Of a stretch of DNA of 32,000 bases, positions 16,528-25,657 are shown in pieces. The position numbers were made by a program, and so were the translations under genes. The number at the start of each line of letters is the position of its first letter. Positions within the stretch are counted from its first letter, which is position 1. The stretch is from positions 2,880,001-2,912,000 of the forward strand of contig NC_017448.1 of assembly GCF_000146505.1 (NCBI RefSeq), in the 5' to 3' direction. A model generated the notes under the pieces. The model saw only the letters and a program-made list of their open reading frames with translations, did no database searches and had not been told where the DNA came from. The DNA comes from Fibrobacter succinogenes subsp. succinogenes S85. GTDB lineage: Bacteria > Fibrobacterota > Fibrobacteria > Fibrobacterales > Fibrobacteraceae.

Positions 16528-18885
16528 TTATTGGATATAGTGGCGTAATGTTTTGCCTGTTTTGGAGTATTCAATCACGATGACATGCGCGGTGGGCATC
16601 TTGGCGGGCTTGCTATTGCCGGAGTACAGCGGGCGTCCCTGAATGTCAAAGATGCGGTAGAAACCTGCTTCGGCTTCGGTCGCGCGCTGCATGGGGGAGG
16701 CGATGCCGATGGTCCCTTCGCTGGAGCTGCTTGCGGGTGTCGCACTGGAGCTAGATTCCGCGACGCTCGATGAAGAAACTTCGCTAGAGCTGGATTCAGC
16801 GACTGTTGAACTGCTAGATTCTGCCGCGCCTTCGACGGTGAACGTCACGTATTCAGACATCCATGTGAGTCCGGAATTGTCCGTCACGACGGCGACTGCG
16901 GAATGTGTGCCTGCGGCGAGATTCTTGGCGGTAACCTGGTACGGCGCAGTGGTCGATGTTCCGACGAGCGTGTTGCCGACGTAGAATGCAACGCTTTTCA
17001 CGGAGCCGTCGTTGTCCTTGGCGTCGGCTTTTAAGGTCACGTCTGCGTTTGCAGTGATTTTTGCGCCAGCGGCAGGTGCGGTGAGCGTTACGCTTGCAGC
17101 CTTGTTGCTTTGACCAAAGCCTTGGTTGTATTCGGGCATTTTTCCGTAGCGTCCGCCCACGCCCGAGAGGTTCGGAATTTCTTTCGGGAGGTCTGCGACA
17201 TTGCGCTTTTCAAAACTGTAGCTCGGGTTGAATGTTTCTGCTTGTGGGACTCCGCTTTTCACGGTGCCGTTGTAGCGGTGCTGTTGCTTGGTGCCGTTCC
17301 CGAACGTAACTCCGCTAAAGTAAACGTAGCCGTTATCGCCCCATTCGGCCAAATAGCCTTGGCCGTTGTCGATATAGCTATTCTCGTAGCGCACGTAGGC
17401 CTTCGCATTTGCGCTGTGACCATTCGCCCCCGCTACAAAGAAGCGGTTGTAATCTACATACTGGTTGTACAGATGCACCTGCGAACCGTTGCTTTCGCCC
17501 GTCACCTTCGGCACGCGGCCATAAGTATTGTGCCAGTAGTTATTCGCGTATGTCAGGTGGGCATCTTCGACAAGTGCCATGTAGGGGTCGGTACCCCAGC
17601 AGTTGTATTCGTTGGCTCCGTCAAAATCGAGATAACTGATGGTGGCGTTGTCAACAAATTCCATATCCATGCCATCGGAAATCCATTTGTAGCTGATATG
17701 GTCGGCCCAGAATTTGTCTACGTGCTTGCTGGCGGTGCCTACGGTTTCAAGGCCGTCGCCGCCTTCGATCAAGTGCGGGTTCACATCGTAAATCGCGAGG
17801 TTGCGGTAGATGTGGTTCCCAGAACCTTCGTTACTGCGCACGGCGATGGATGCTCCGCGGAGATTTGCGCCACGGCCCATGCCCACGAGACTCTTGTTCG
17901 GCTTGGTGGTAATCCAGTTGCTCCACGCCTGCAGATTGTCCGATTCCTTCACGATTTCGAGTCCGGATTCACCGAGGCTCGCGCAACTGTTTTTCTCGAA
18001 GGCGATGCGGTAGAACTTGTTCGTCTTGCCTGTCACGCGGTTCGTCTCGCCACAAGTCGTGCGGCACCAAGTACGCCCTTGCTTGTTCGCCTCGGTCACC
18101 GCATTGCGCATTTGCCTAAAGTCGTAAGTGCCTTCGGGCACGAGAATCGTGACCGCATCGTTGTTCTGCAAGTACTTGCGGATGCTTGCGGAATCGCTTG
18201 CGATAACGACTTTGCCTGCGTCGCCACCCGTTGTGGTGACACCGAAGCCTTCGGCCTTCACATTGAACGTGAAAAGAAGCACTGCTGTTGGGTCGGATTC
18301 ATCGCTTGTCCAAATCCATTTCGCTTGTGTGTTTGTGGCGAAATTTTCGAGCGCACTGCCACTCGGGAGCTTGTTGTTTGCGTAAGAAAGCGTTGTGGCG
18401 CCTCCCCATTGCGAGAGGTCGCGGCCCTTATTTTTCCAGGAGTTGTTGCTGACAACGGGCTTTGACTTCCAGCCACTGCCGGAATAGTAAGATTTGTCGA
18501 GGTCGTCGATTTGCACGAGAACGCCCGGGGCGCCTTTGCCGTTCACGCTCACGACAGAAATGGCGTTTTCGCCGGGCAGGAATGTCATCGGGATAAAGCG
18601 CACGCGGCCTGCCTGATTATCTTCGGCGAGGAGTGAACCGTTGTGGTAGAGCCTGTAACCGCCATCGGCGACAATCCAAATGCCTGGGCCTTTCCCGGCG
18701 TTGTATGTGGCTGCAATCAGCTGCGAGCCGATTTTATCGCCACCGCCGTAAGCGGCGTCGGACGGGAGTGTAACGACTTCAGAGGCTTGAATTTTTGCAG
18801 CCGCATCTGCCGCGTGTACTGCGGAAATTCCGAAAATTGAGACAACGCTTGCAAGAGCGATGTGACCAAAACCTTTCATACCCAT
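16528..18885 (-). CDS. Modular pectate lyase, family PL1, with N-terminal beta-sandwich, Ig-like domain, Ser linker and C-terminal sorting tail
   Basis: Signal peptide with GAGGAA SD. 'TTGGDAGKVVIASD', 'FWADHISYKWISDGMDMEF' and 'YGRVPKV...VHLYNQY' match PL1 blocks. 'DNDGSVKSVAFYVGNTLVGTSTTAPY' is Ig-like. Tail is 'FYRIFDIQGRPL...'. Confidence 0.75.
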   Translation of the reverse strand: MGMKGFGHIALASVVSIFGISAVHAADAAAKIQASEVVTLPSDAAYGGGDKIGSQLIAATYNAGKGPGIWIVADGGYRLYHNGSLLAEDNQAGRVRFIPMTFLPGENAISVVSVNGKGAPGVLVQIDDLDKSYYSGSGWKSKPVVSNNSWKNKGRDLSQWGGATTLSYANNKLPSGSALENFATNTQAKWIWTSDESDPTAVLLFTFNVKAEGFGVTTTGGDAGKVVIASDSASIRKYLQNNDAVTILVPEGTYDFRQMRNAVTEANKQGRTWCRTTCGETNRVTGKTNKFYRIAFEKNSCASLGESGLEIVKESDNLQAWSNWITTKPNKSLVGMGRGANLRGASIAVRSNEGSGNHIYRNLAIYDVNPHLIEGGDGLETVGTASKHVDKFWADHISYKWISDGMDMEFVDNATISYLDFDGANEYNCWGTDPYMALVEDAHLTYANNYWHNTYGRVPKVTGESNGSQVHLYNQYVDYNRFFVAGANGHSANAKAYVRYENSYIDNGQGYLAEWGDNGYVYFSGVTFGNGTKQQHRYNGTVKSGVPQAETFNPSYSFEKRNVADLPKEIPNLSGVGGRYGKMPEYNQGFGQSNKAASVTLTAPAAGAKITANADVTLKADAKDNDGSVKSVAFYVGNTLVGTSTTAPYQVTAKNLAAGTHSAVAVVTDNSGLTWMSEYVTFTVEGAAESSSSTVAESSSSEVSSSSVAESSSSATPASSSSEGTIGIASPMQRATEAEAGFYRIFDIQGRPLYSGNSKPAKMPTAHVIVIEYSKTGKTLRHYIQ
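16717..16827 (-). repeat. Ser-rich interdomain linker (coding low complexity)
   Basis: AAESSSSTVAESSSSEVSSSSVAESSSSATPASSSSE in the PL1 protein. Confidence 0.8.
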
Positions 18886-19169
18886 TGTTCCTCACTTTTT
18901 TGCGATTACCCAACTTTTGGCTTGTTCCATCCCTTTATAGCAATTAAGCCAGGCGTTGCGGGCTGGCGTCTGAAGCCCGCATTGGGGGTAATGGAAGACC
19001 GCGAAGCGGGCTGCAATTAGGGGGATTATTCCCCCATACCCATAATCTATATCTTGCGGCGCGCACTTCAAAGCGCTTTTCTCGTGAAAGCTGATTTCTC
19101 GTTGTTTCTGGACAACGCTAAAGTCGCTTTTTTATACCCCGCAAAACATAATTTTCTTACATTTATGGC

Positions 19170-20018
19170 ATGGGCGAAAAGAAACTAGGGAAAAAAATCT
19201 TCGAATACCTGGACTACCGGGAGTTTTTGAAAGATTATTACAACGCAAAGAAGGAGGCGAACCCTGCCTTTTCGCTCCGCGTTTTCTCGGATAAAATCGG
19301 GTTCAAGGCCAAAGATTTCATCAGTCGAGTGATGAACGGTGACAAGAATCTTTCGAGCGCGAGCATCCCGAAAGTGGCTTCTGGGCTGCGCCTGGGCAAG
19401 CACGAGACCGAGTTTTTTATTGGGCTTGTGAAGTTCAATCAGGCGGAAACGATGGACGAGCGTAATGCCGCGTTTGAAGAAATGCAGGCGGCGCTCAAGG
19501 TGGTGCGCTTTTCCGAGAAACAGCATATTCTCGGGCATGCGCAGTACATGGTGTATTCGCATTGGCGGCACCTGATTATTCGCAGTCTTATCGGCATGTT
19601 CGGTTTTGATGGCGATTATGAAGCGCTTGCGAAAATGGTCCACCCGCATGTGACGGCGGACGAAGCCAAAAAATCGGTCAAGTTGCTCGAAGACTGTGAA
19701 CTTATCAAGAAAGGGGATGACGGCAAATACGTGCTCACCGAGAGCGCGATTAGCACGGGGAACCGCACGTCAAAACTTGCGCTGCGCGGTTTCCACCAGC
19801 ATTGTCTAAAGCTTGCTGCGGATTCTATTGATCGCGATCCGCCGGGCTCGCGTCACGTTTCTGGGCTTACGCTAGGCATTAGCCAGGAAGGTTACGAACG
19901 CATCGTGGAGCGCATCAACGCCTTCCGCAAGGAAATTGCGCTCATCGCCGAAGAAGATAAGAATTCAGATAAAGTTTTTCAGTTGCAATTTGCGCTGTTC
20001 CCTGTCGGCGGAAAATAA
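19170..20018 (+). CDS. TIGR02147 / DUF4423-family protein (Fibrobacter paralogous family; putative HTH regulator)
   Basis: 282 aa. The N-terminus 'IFEYLDYREFLKDYYNAKKEANPAFSLRVFSDKIGFKAKDFISRVMNGDKNLS' is the characteristic opening of this family. It is the only plus-strand gene between the two pectinolytic blocks. Confidence 0.7.
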   Translation: MGEKKLGKKIFEYLDYREFLKDYYNAKKEANPAFSLRVFSDKIGFKAKDFISRVMNGDKNLSSASIPKVASGLRLGKHETEFFIGLVKFNQAETMDERNAAFEEMQAALKVVRFSEKQHILGHAQYMVYSHWRHLIIRSLIGMFGFDGDYEALAKMVHPHVTADEAKKSVKLLEDCELIKKGDDGKYVLTESAISTGNRTSKLALRGFHQHCLKLAADSIDRDPPGSRHVSGLTLGISQEGYERIVERINAFRKEIALIAEEDKNSDKVFQLQFALFPVGGK

Positions 20019-20047
20019 TTTTTCTCTCTATCAAATCCTACAACGAA

Positions 20048-20081
20048 ACACCTCGGCGTTCGCCGAGGTGTTTTGTTTTTT
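20048..20081 (+). terminator. Rho-independent terminator between convergent genes
   Basis: 10-bp stem ACACCTCGGC (20048-20057), loop gttc, GCCGAGGTGT (20062-20071), then TTTTGTTTTTT. Confidence 0.85.
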
Positions 20082-20095
20082 GGATGAGTTGGTGT

Positions 20096-21847
20096 TTATT
20101 TTGTGAGAATTCTTATCATTTTCTTTTCTTGTTTTACAAGGTAAACTCCGGGCTTGCCGAATTTAGCACGAATAGCTTTTGCGATATCGCCATCGCGAAG
20201 CTGTTCTGCTTGCAAGTTACCCAAGTATCTTCCTTGCAAATCGAAGATGCTTGCGTTTCCTAATACCATTGTTTCGCGGCTCAATTTCATTGTAATGGAA
20301 GTGGTGATGCTAGAAGAACTTTCCGTGCGCACTTCCGATGAACTTGATGATGCAACGGAGCTACTTGACTCGCTTATAGAGCTGCTTGAAACGGCTTCTG
20401 TGGACGAACTACTGCTTTGGACGGTGGCTGCTGAGGAACTTGATTTGACAACTGAACTGTTTGAAGTCGCGCCGTACTCGTACGCACCCAAATCCGGAGC
20501 TTTCCCAGTATAGGGTAAACCCGCTTTAACACCCTTGTCAATCATCTGGCTTTTTGGCGCAAGTTTCAGGAAATCGACATCGGGGAGACTTCCGTCCGCT
20601 TTGCGGGGACCAAGTGCACCGCCGAGAGGACCAAGTTCTCGCCCTGTCACGGTCATACTCGGATCCGACACGCTTAAAAAATCCGATTCCTTCGGTGTGA
20701 TGTTCAGATTCCAGGTGTTGTATTCGCCTGCAGCGTAATTCCCGCCAATGTAAGAGGTCTTGTTCGGGAAGGCTATATTATTCTTCATCACATGAGCCTT
20801 GCTGCCCTTGAGCACAACGCCGTCGGTGCGGTTCCTGTTTGCGTCCCAGGTACTTGCCCACATATTGAATCCATTGCCGTTCATGTATGCAGTGTTGTTG
20901 ATCCAATCGTTTCCGCCGCTGCTGTGGTTGGCGTAAAAGCCCGCCGCCTTGTTTTTCCATGCAACGCAGTTACGGATGGTGTGGCGGATACCCGTCTTGC
21001 TGCTCCCTGCCTTGAAGCCATTTCCGTTGCCATCCTTCGGCTTGCCAGTACCGTAGTTGCTGTAGCCGTGGCCCATCGCCCAGCTGTTCTCGATGACTAC
21101 CGGGAATTCCTGACTAATAAAGTCCCAGCCGTCGTCGCTGTTCCACCAGGCACGGCAACCGATGAACTTTGTCGTATCGCCACCAGTCTGGTAGTGCACG
21201 CCAAAGCCGTCGGCATTTTGTCCATCACCTTGGCGCCCGTTGGGGTCGTAGTTGTCGTGACTGTCGCAGTTCAAGAACAAATGTCCGCCGCCGCTTCCCG
21301 AGCCCTTCTCGTTCACGAAGAATCCCGAACCGCCGTTGTGGTGGCTATCGATCAGTTCCAAGAAGATATGCTTACTGCGGGACACGTACACGCCCACATT
21401 TGATTCGCCCTTCATGGGAACATTCTTGACTTCGAGCCCCTTCAAGTGCAAGTACTGCGCCTGAATGAGGATACCCGAAGTGTATCTTATGTTGTTCGAA
21501 CCGTTGGCAATCGGCATCTTGCTGAAGTCAATGACCGGCTTTTCGCCCGGGTACGCGAGGTAATGAATGCGCTTGTTGTCACTTGAGCCGCTCTTGGTCA
21601 GGTGAATGCCCGCAAACATGTTGTCATTTTTCACATAGTTCGTGTCCGTATGCAGGTAGGTTCCGCCGCGAATCCAAACGGTATCGCCCGCATTCACTAC
21701 TGCATTCGCCTTATTCAAAGACGCGAATGGCTTATCCTTCGTGCCTGCATTTTTGTCGTTTCCGTTCGGAGCTACGTAATATACGCTGCCGAACGCTTGG
21801 GCCGCACAAAACGCGATCCCAGCCTCAATCAACCATTTCGACTTCAT
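20096..21847 (-). CDS. Right-handed beta-helix polysaccharide lyase, PL9-like, with Ser linker and C-terminal sorting tail
   Basis: Signal peptide. 'YYVAPNGNDKNAGTKDKPFASLNKANAVVNAGDTVWIRGGTY', 'NCDSHDNYDP...GQNADGFG', 'WWNSDDGWDF' and 'GNGNGFKAG'. AAGGAG SD overlaps the stop of the upstream gene. Confidence 0.65.
   Translation of the reverse strand: MKSKWLIEAGIAFCAAQAFGSVYYVAPNGNDKNAGTKDKPFASLNKANAVVNAGDTVWIRGGTYLHTDTNYVKNDNMFAGIHLTKSGSSDNKRIHYLAYPGEKPVIDFSKMPIANGSNNIRYTSGILIQAQYLHLKGLEVKNVPMKGESNVGVYVSRSKHIFLELIDSHHNGGSGFFVNEKGSGSGGGHLFLNCDSHDNYDPNGRQGDGQNADGFGVHYQTGGDTTKFIGCRAWWNSDDGWDFISQEFPVVIENSWAMGHGYSNYGTGKPKDGNGNGFKAGSSKTGIRHTIRNCVAWKNKAAGFYANHSSGGNDWINNTAYMNGNGFNMWASTWDANRNRTDGVVLKGSKAHVMKNNIAFPNKTSYIGGNYAAGEYNTWNLNITPKESDFLSVSDPSMTVTGRELGPLGGALGPRKADGSLPDVDFLKLAPKSQMIDKGVKAGLPYTGKAPDLGAYEYGATSNSSVVKSSSSAATVQSSSSSTEAVSSSSISESSSSVASSSSSEVRTESSSSITTSITMKLSRETMVLGNASIFDLQGRYLGNLQAEQLRDGDIAKAIRAKFGKPGVYLVKQEKKMIRILTK
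20309..20467 (-). repeat. Ser-rich interdomain linker (coding low complexity)
   Basis: TSNSSVVKSSSSAATVQSSSSSTEAVSSSSISESSSSVASSSSSEVRTESSSS. Confidence 0.8.
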
Positions 21848-21858
21848 AATTACGCTCC

Positions 21859-24000
21859 TTATTTTGAATACACTCTAATTCTGGAAGCTTTACGTTGTAG
21901 CGTATTCATACTTCTTCCGTTCACGTAAAAGTACCTGCTGTTTTTGTGCATGTTTACATCATGGTGTGGTGTAATTCTTTGTGCAATGCCTATTGTTTTC
22001 TCTTGCGATTTGACATCGGAAGAATCTTTATTTTCTTCGGTTTTCACAAATTCAACTTTGTCAATATTCGGAGCGCCTTCGTCTGTAAGAGACTTGAACG
22101 TAACAATACTTTTCCCAGCAGGGAGTGTGAGGGAAAATTCCTTAGATTTCCAATCAGTCCATTCGCCAGTAACATCTAAGTCTAGGCTTTCGATTTGTAC
22201 GGTGTCGTTCACAGAAACGCTTATGGGTCTTGCGTTCTTCCCGCCATTTGCGTAAGTCACCTTCAAATTACGTTTACCTGCTTCGCTATTCCATACGGCA
22301 ATTTTCAAGTAAGAACTCTTGCTGTTGTCCAAATTCACATAAGATTCGCCTGAAAATCCCGCATGGGTAGTTTCGGTAACACCTTCTGCGATAAATCCCT
22401 TTTCCGCTTCATAGACTACGGAATCCTTGCTTACCACATCCATATCCTTGGGCGGTTCAACAGGTGTGACCGGTATCGGATCGGTTGTTGGGGTCGCTAC
22501 ACTCTTTGATGTTTTCACAAGTTCAATGTCGTCGATGGCAATCCACTTGTCGCTTTCGCCATCAATCGAAAATCCAATCGTCACCTTGCCGTTTTTGACT
22601 TCAAACTCGGCGACGCTTTTCTGTTTCCAATTTGACGATGCCGCTGAAATATCTGCATTTACTTCGCTTGCGCCAAAGTCCTTCGCAAAGATTTTTGCAG
22701 TCTTTTGACCGCCTCTACTTTGTACATACGCAGTCAATTTATACTTGCCGTTAGGTACTGTCAATGTCTGCGAAATGGTGTTGGAACCTGTCAGATAAAG
22801 TCCCCAGCGCCCTGTTCTTTTCTTAGATGTCGAATTGATGTCTGCTGAAGAAGCTTTTGCAAGTTTCCACCCTGTGAGCGATGTCTGCGAAACGCGATCC
22901 GCTTCAAACGTTGGGTTCAGACAATAGTTGTTGCCGTCGCCAACGCTCCATGTTCCTTCTTTGGCGTTAATATTCCATTGACTTAGAGAATGAAATACTG
23001 GTTTACCTGTTTCAAACGAAATTGGTAGCCACTGGTTGTATCCAAGTCCGTTTCCTGCAAAATCGCTCCAACGGTCGCCTGCATTAACCACGAACGACCC
23101 CTTGGTTCCCTTCACTTGGATAAAGAAACCCGTCTGTGTTACATGGCTAAAGTCATGTTGCGTTCCTTCAAGAACAAATTCTTCGCTATAGGGACCGAGG
23201 ATATTTTTTGCGGACATGCAGTAAGTTTGCGAGGTGTTCCATCCGTGCAAATCCGACGAGCAGAAATAATATACGCCGTTGTACTTGAACATGGCGTTAC
23301 CTTCGCGGCCGCCTACTCGACTTTTGTGGATGTTTACTGTCTTGGAACCGTCAATTGCAAGAAAATCGGATTCGCGGAGCGGTGCCACATAAAGGTTCGT
23401 GCGTCCCTTTACATTTGAAGCTATCACGTACGCTTTTCCATCGTCATCCAGGAAGAGTGTTTGGTCACCCGTGTTGTTGTTTACGAAGAATGTCATCTCG
23501 CTTTCGGGTTGTACACGAGCGAATTTGAATGGCCCTGTGGGGGAGCTACTCGTGGCAAAATATTCGCCAAATTGCCAGTTTGGGCTTCCGCCTTGCCCCG
23601 CAAGTACGTACTTTTGGGTCTTGGCGTTATACACCACGCCGATGCGTCCAAACCAACCGCCTGCAGCCTGATCGGGTTTTAGTACGATGCCTTCGAACTT
23701 CCAATTCACTAGATCCTTCGAGGAGTAGCAAGTAACTCCCGAAAAGCCGGTATCGCTATTCTTTTTTGTCGGGTTTGCAGCATATGTGACGGCGCCATTG
23801 TATTTGACTCCGTACCAATAGAAAGTATCGCCCACTTGGAGAACTCCGCCGCCTTGCGAGTAAATGAAATTCCCGCTTGTATCTTTCCAGAATACATCGT
23901 TCTGAATCGTTTGTGCCTGAGCCTCTGTTCCAAGGCTCGCGATAGTCACGGCACTCACGGCAAAAGTCGCTTTTTTGAAGATTTCTCTCAATCCAAACAT
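21859..24000 (-). CDS. GH43 (exo-beta-1,3-galactanase-like subfamily) + CBM-like middle domain + CBM6/35 + basic terminal tail
   Basis: 'WKDTSGNFIYSQGGGVLQVGDTFYWYGVKY', 'CYSSKDLVNWKFEG' and 'DQTLFLDDDGKAYVI'. CBM6/35 block 'YEAEKG...GFSGESYVNLD...TGEWTDW...APNIDKVEF'. Tail 'RYFYVNGRSMNTLQRKASRIRVYSK'. The track start at 24009 is GTG. The ATG at 24000 gives MFGLREIFKK, parallel to the MFGLGKIIRK of GH53. Confidence 0.7.
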   Translation of the reverse strand: MFGLREIFKKATFAVSAVTIASLGTEAQAQTIQNDVFWKDTSGNFIYSQGGGVLQVGDTFYWYGVKYNGAVTYAANPTKKNSDTGFSGVTCYSSKDLVNWKFEGIVLKPDQAAGGWFGRIGVVYNAKTQKYVLAGQGGSPNWQFGEYFATSSSPTGPFKFARVQPESEMTFFVNNNTGDQTLFLDDDGKAYVIASNVKGRTNLYVAPLRESDFLAIDGSKTVNIHKSRVGGREGNAMFKYNGVYYFCSSDLHGWNTSQTYCMSAKNILGPYSEEFVLEGTQHDFSHVTQTGFFIQVKGTKGSFVVNAGDRWSDFAGNGLGYNQWLPISFETGKPVFHSLSQWNINAKEGTWSVGDGNNYCLNPTFEADRVSQTSLTGWKLAKASSADINSTSKKRTGRWGLYLTGSNTISQTLTVPNGKYKLTAYVQSRGGQKTAKIFAKDFGASEVNADISAASSNWKQKSVAEFEVKNGKVTIGFSIDGESDKWIAIDDIELVKTSKSVATPTTDPIPVTPVEPPKDMDVVSKDSVVYEAEKGFIAEGVTETTHAGFSGESYVNLDNSKSSYLKIAVWNSEAGKRNLKVTYANGGKNARPISVSVNDTVQIESLDLDVTGEWTDWKSKEFSLTLPAGKSIVTFKSLTDEGAPNIDKVEFVKTEENKDSSDVKSQEKTIGIAQRITPHHDVNMHKNSRYFYVNGRSMNTLQRKASRIRVYSK

Positions 24001-24023
24001 GCTGCACACCTTTTTGAAAATGT

Positions 24024-25643
24024 TTATCGAGCTATTTTGAGACGCTGTATTTTTGTGATGCTGCCAGATAGTACTTTGAGGTAATAAATACCTCTGCCTA
24101 TTTGTGGTGGCAAATTAAACGTTTCTGCTGAATTGCCTCGGTTAAATGTTGAATTAAAAACTTCTTTACCTAGCGAATCAAAAAGCTGAATTTGTCCGCC
24201 CCTGTTCCCGTGATGTACGGATATGGTTTTATGCATTCTGTTGAAATTTACGGTTAATGCTTCGGCAATTGTTGCGCTACGAAGTATCGTGGTGGAATCG
24301 TTCTTTGTGGAATCTGCCGTTGAAATTGCAGTAGAGTCGTTTGCAACCGTGTCAACTTTTGCGGTGTCTGTTGGAAGATTCTCCGGTTCAATTTCTACAA
24401 GTCCGCCTTCGGTAATGGGGGCTTTTTTGAGGGACAGAACATCAAGCGGATCTGGCTTATTGGAGTTGAAAGCTTCGTGGTCATCACGCAAATGCTTTGC
24501 AAGTGCGGGAACTTTTGCCTTGATTTCTTCCATCATGGCACGGGCAAGTTCATAAGCTCCATATTCGCAGAAATGGGTCTTGTCCTTTGCTGTGTACATG
24601 TAAAGCTTTTCCTTGTTGTTGCCGAGCGCCTTCTGCAAATTGACGGTATGTTGGTTCAAATCCAGAACCGTTACGCCAAGCTTTTTGCCAAGCGCACGCA
24701 TTTTTTCTGGGAGGCCTCCGACACTTGTTTTCGGGTCGAGTTCTCCCTGGCGTGCTGTCGAGGTAACGAACAGGGGAATTGCCCCCTTTGCCTTGATTTC
24801 GTTTGCGTACTTAGTGAGCGTAGCTTCGTAATTGGCGACATCATTGGCGTTCTTCTGGTCGTTATGCGCAAATTGCACTGTCACATAGTCGCCCTTCTTG
24901 ACCTCGGCAAGAATTTTTGCCAAGCGTTTCATACTATAGAATCCGCTTGCGGTAAGCCCTGATTCGGCGTAATTTGCCACAGCAACCGATGACTTGAAAA
25001 AGCCGGATGCCATTTGGCCCCATCCCGCCCACGGAGCGGTCATTTGGTCAACAACGGTGGAGTTTCCGCAGAGCCATAAGGTTGTCACATCGGATTTTGG
25101 CGTGATTTCAAGTCCGGCTACAGCGGGAGCCTTGCCTGTGATAACGAAAGTCAGCTTGTTATCCCAGGTGTAGTAGCTTTTTTCGCGGTCCTTGATACTC
25201 ATCGTTACCTTGCCGTCAATGCTTTTCGTTTCCATACGGCGGAGCGAAACGCTCTGCGTACTGAACACGGCGCCCGCAGTCGTCACGCGGTCAAAAATCA
25301 GCTTGCGATTTTCGGCCCATACAGTTGTTTCGCTTTCGTTCTCGCCGTCACCGAAAATGAACTTGACCTCGTAATTTCCTTGCGGAAGCACTACCGAGAA
25401 AGTCATGGATCCGTCTGTCGTCAAGAAATCCGTTTGAAGTTCATCGTCCCAAAGACGATCAACGGATGTGACCTTGCCCGATTCAAAACCGTATCCACGC
25501 GAGGTGTCGAATTTCGTATTGCTCTTGACTTGCGTGTAGCCTGCCTTTACGGGTCCGTCTCCGAAGTCAAACTTGTAGCTGTCTGCTGCGTATGTTGCAA
25601 CAGCCGCAAGAGCGAATGCGCTTGTGTATTTTGTCCATCCCAT
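24024..25643 (-). CDS. CE12-type SGNH rhamnogalacturonan acetylesterase with N-terminal beta-sandwich and C-terminal sorting tail
   Basis: N-domain 'YKFDFGDGPVKAGYTQV...GNYEVKFIFGD'. SGNH blocks 'LWLCGNSTVVDQ', 'VTVQFAHNDQ' and 'DKTHFCEYGAYELA'. Tail 'IQLFDSLGKEVF...GIYYLKV'. Confidence 0.7.
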   Translation of the reverse strand: MGWTKYTSAFALAAVATYAADSYKFDFGDGPVKAGYTQVKSNTKFDTSRGYGFESGKVTSVDRLWDDELQTDFLTTDGSMTFSVVLPQGNYEVKFIFGDGENESETTVWAENRKLIFDRVTTAGAVFSTQSVSLRRMETKSIDGKVTMSIKDREKSYYTWDNKLTFVITGKAPAVAGLEITPKSDVTTLWLCGNSTVVDQMTAPWAGWGQMASGFFKSSVAVANYAESGLTASGFYSMKRLAKILAEVKKGDYVTVQFAHNDQKNANDVANYEATLTKYANEIKAKGAIPLFVTSTARQGELDPKTSVGGLPEKMRALGKKLGVTVLDLNQHTVNLQKALGNNKEKLYMYTAKDKTHFCEYGAYELARAMMEEIKAKVPALAKHLRDDHEAFNSNKPDPLDVLSLKKAPITEGGLVEIEPENLPTDTAKVDTVANDSTAISTADSTKNDSTTILRSATIAEALTVNFNRMHKTISVHHGNRGGQIQLFDSLGKEVFNSTFNRGNSAETFNLPPQIGRGIYYLKVLSGSITKIQRLKIAR

Positions 25644-25657
25644 AACACCATTTTTCC

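Noticed and set aside
16717-16827. Nucleotide repeats such as gctggagct/agattc recurring at 16717-16827, 20309-20467, 27953-28024, 29539-29634 and 31248-31319 (possible CRISPR or tandem array)
   Set aside because: They are in frame within long ORFs and encode (E/V/A)SSSS linkers. There is no regular repeat-spacer periodicity. They are coding low complexity, not a CRISPR or non-coding array.
25030-25080. CE12 esterase block I reads GNST rather than GDS(T)
   Set aside because: The catalytic Ser and the distal DxxH ('DKTHF') are present. An Asp-to-Asn change at this position may be normal variation in the family and cannot be judged without a family alignment.
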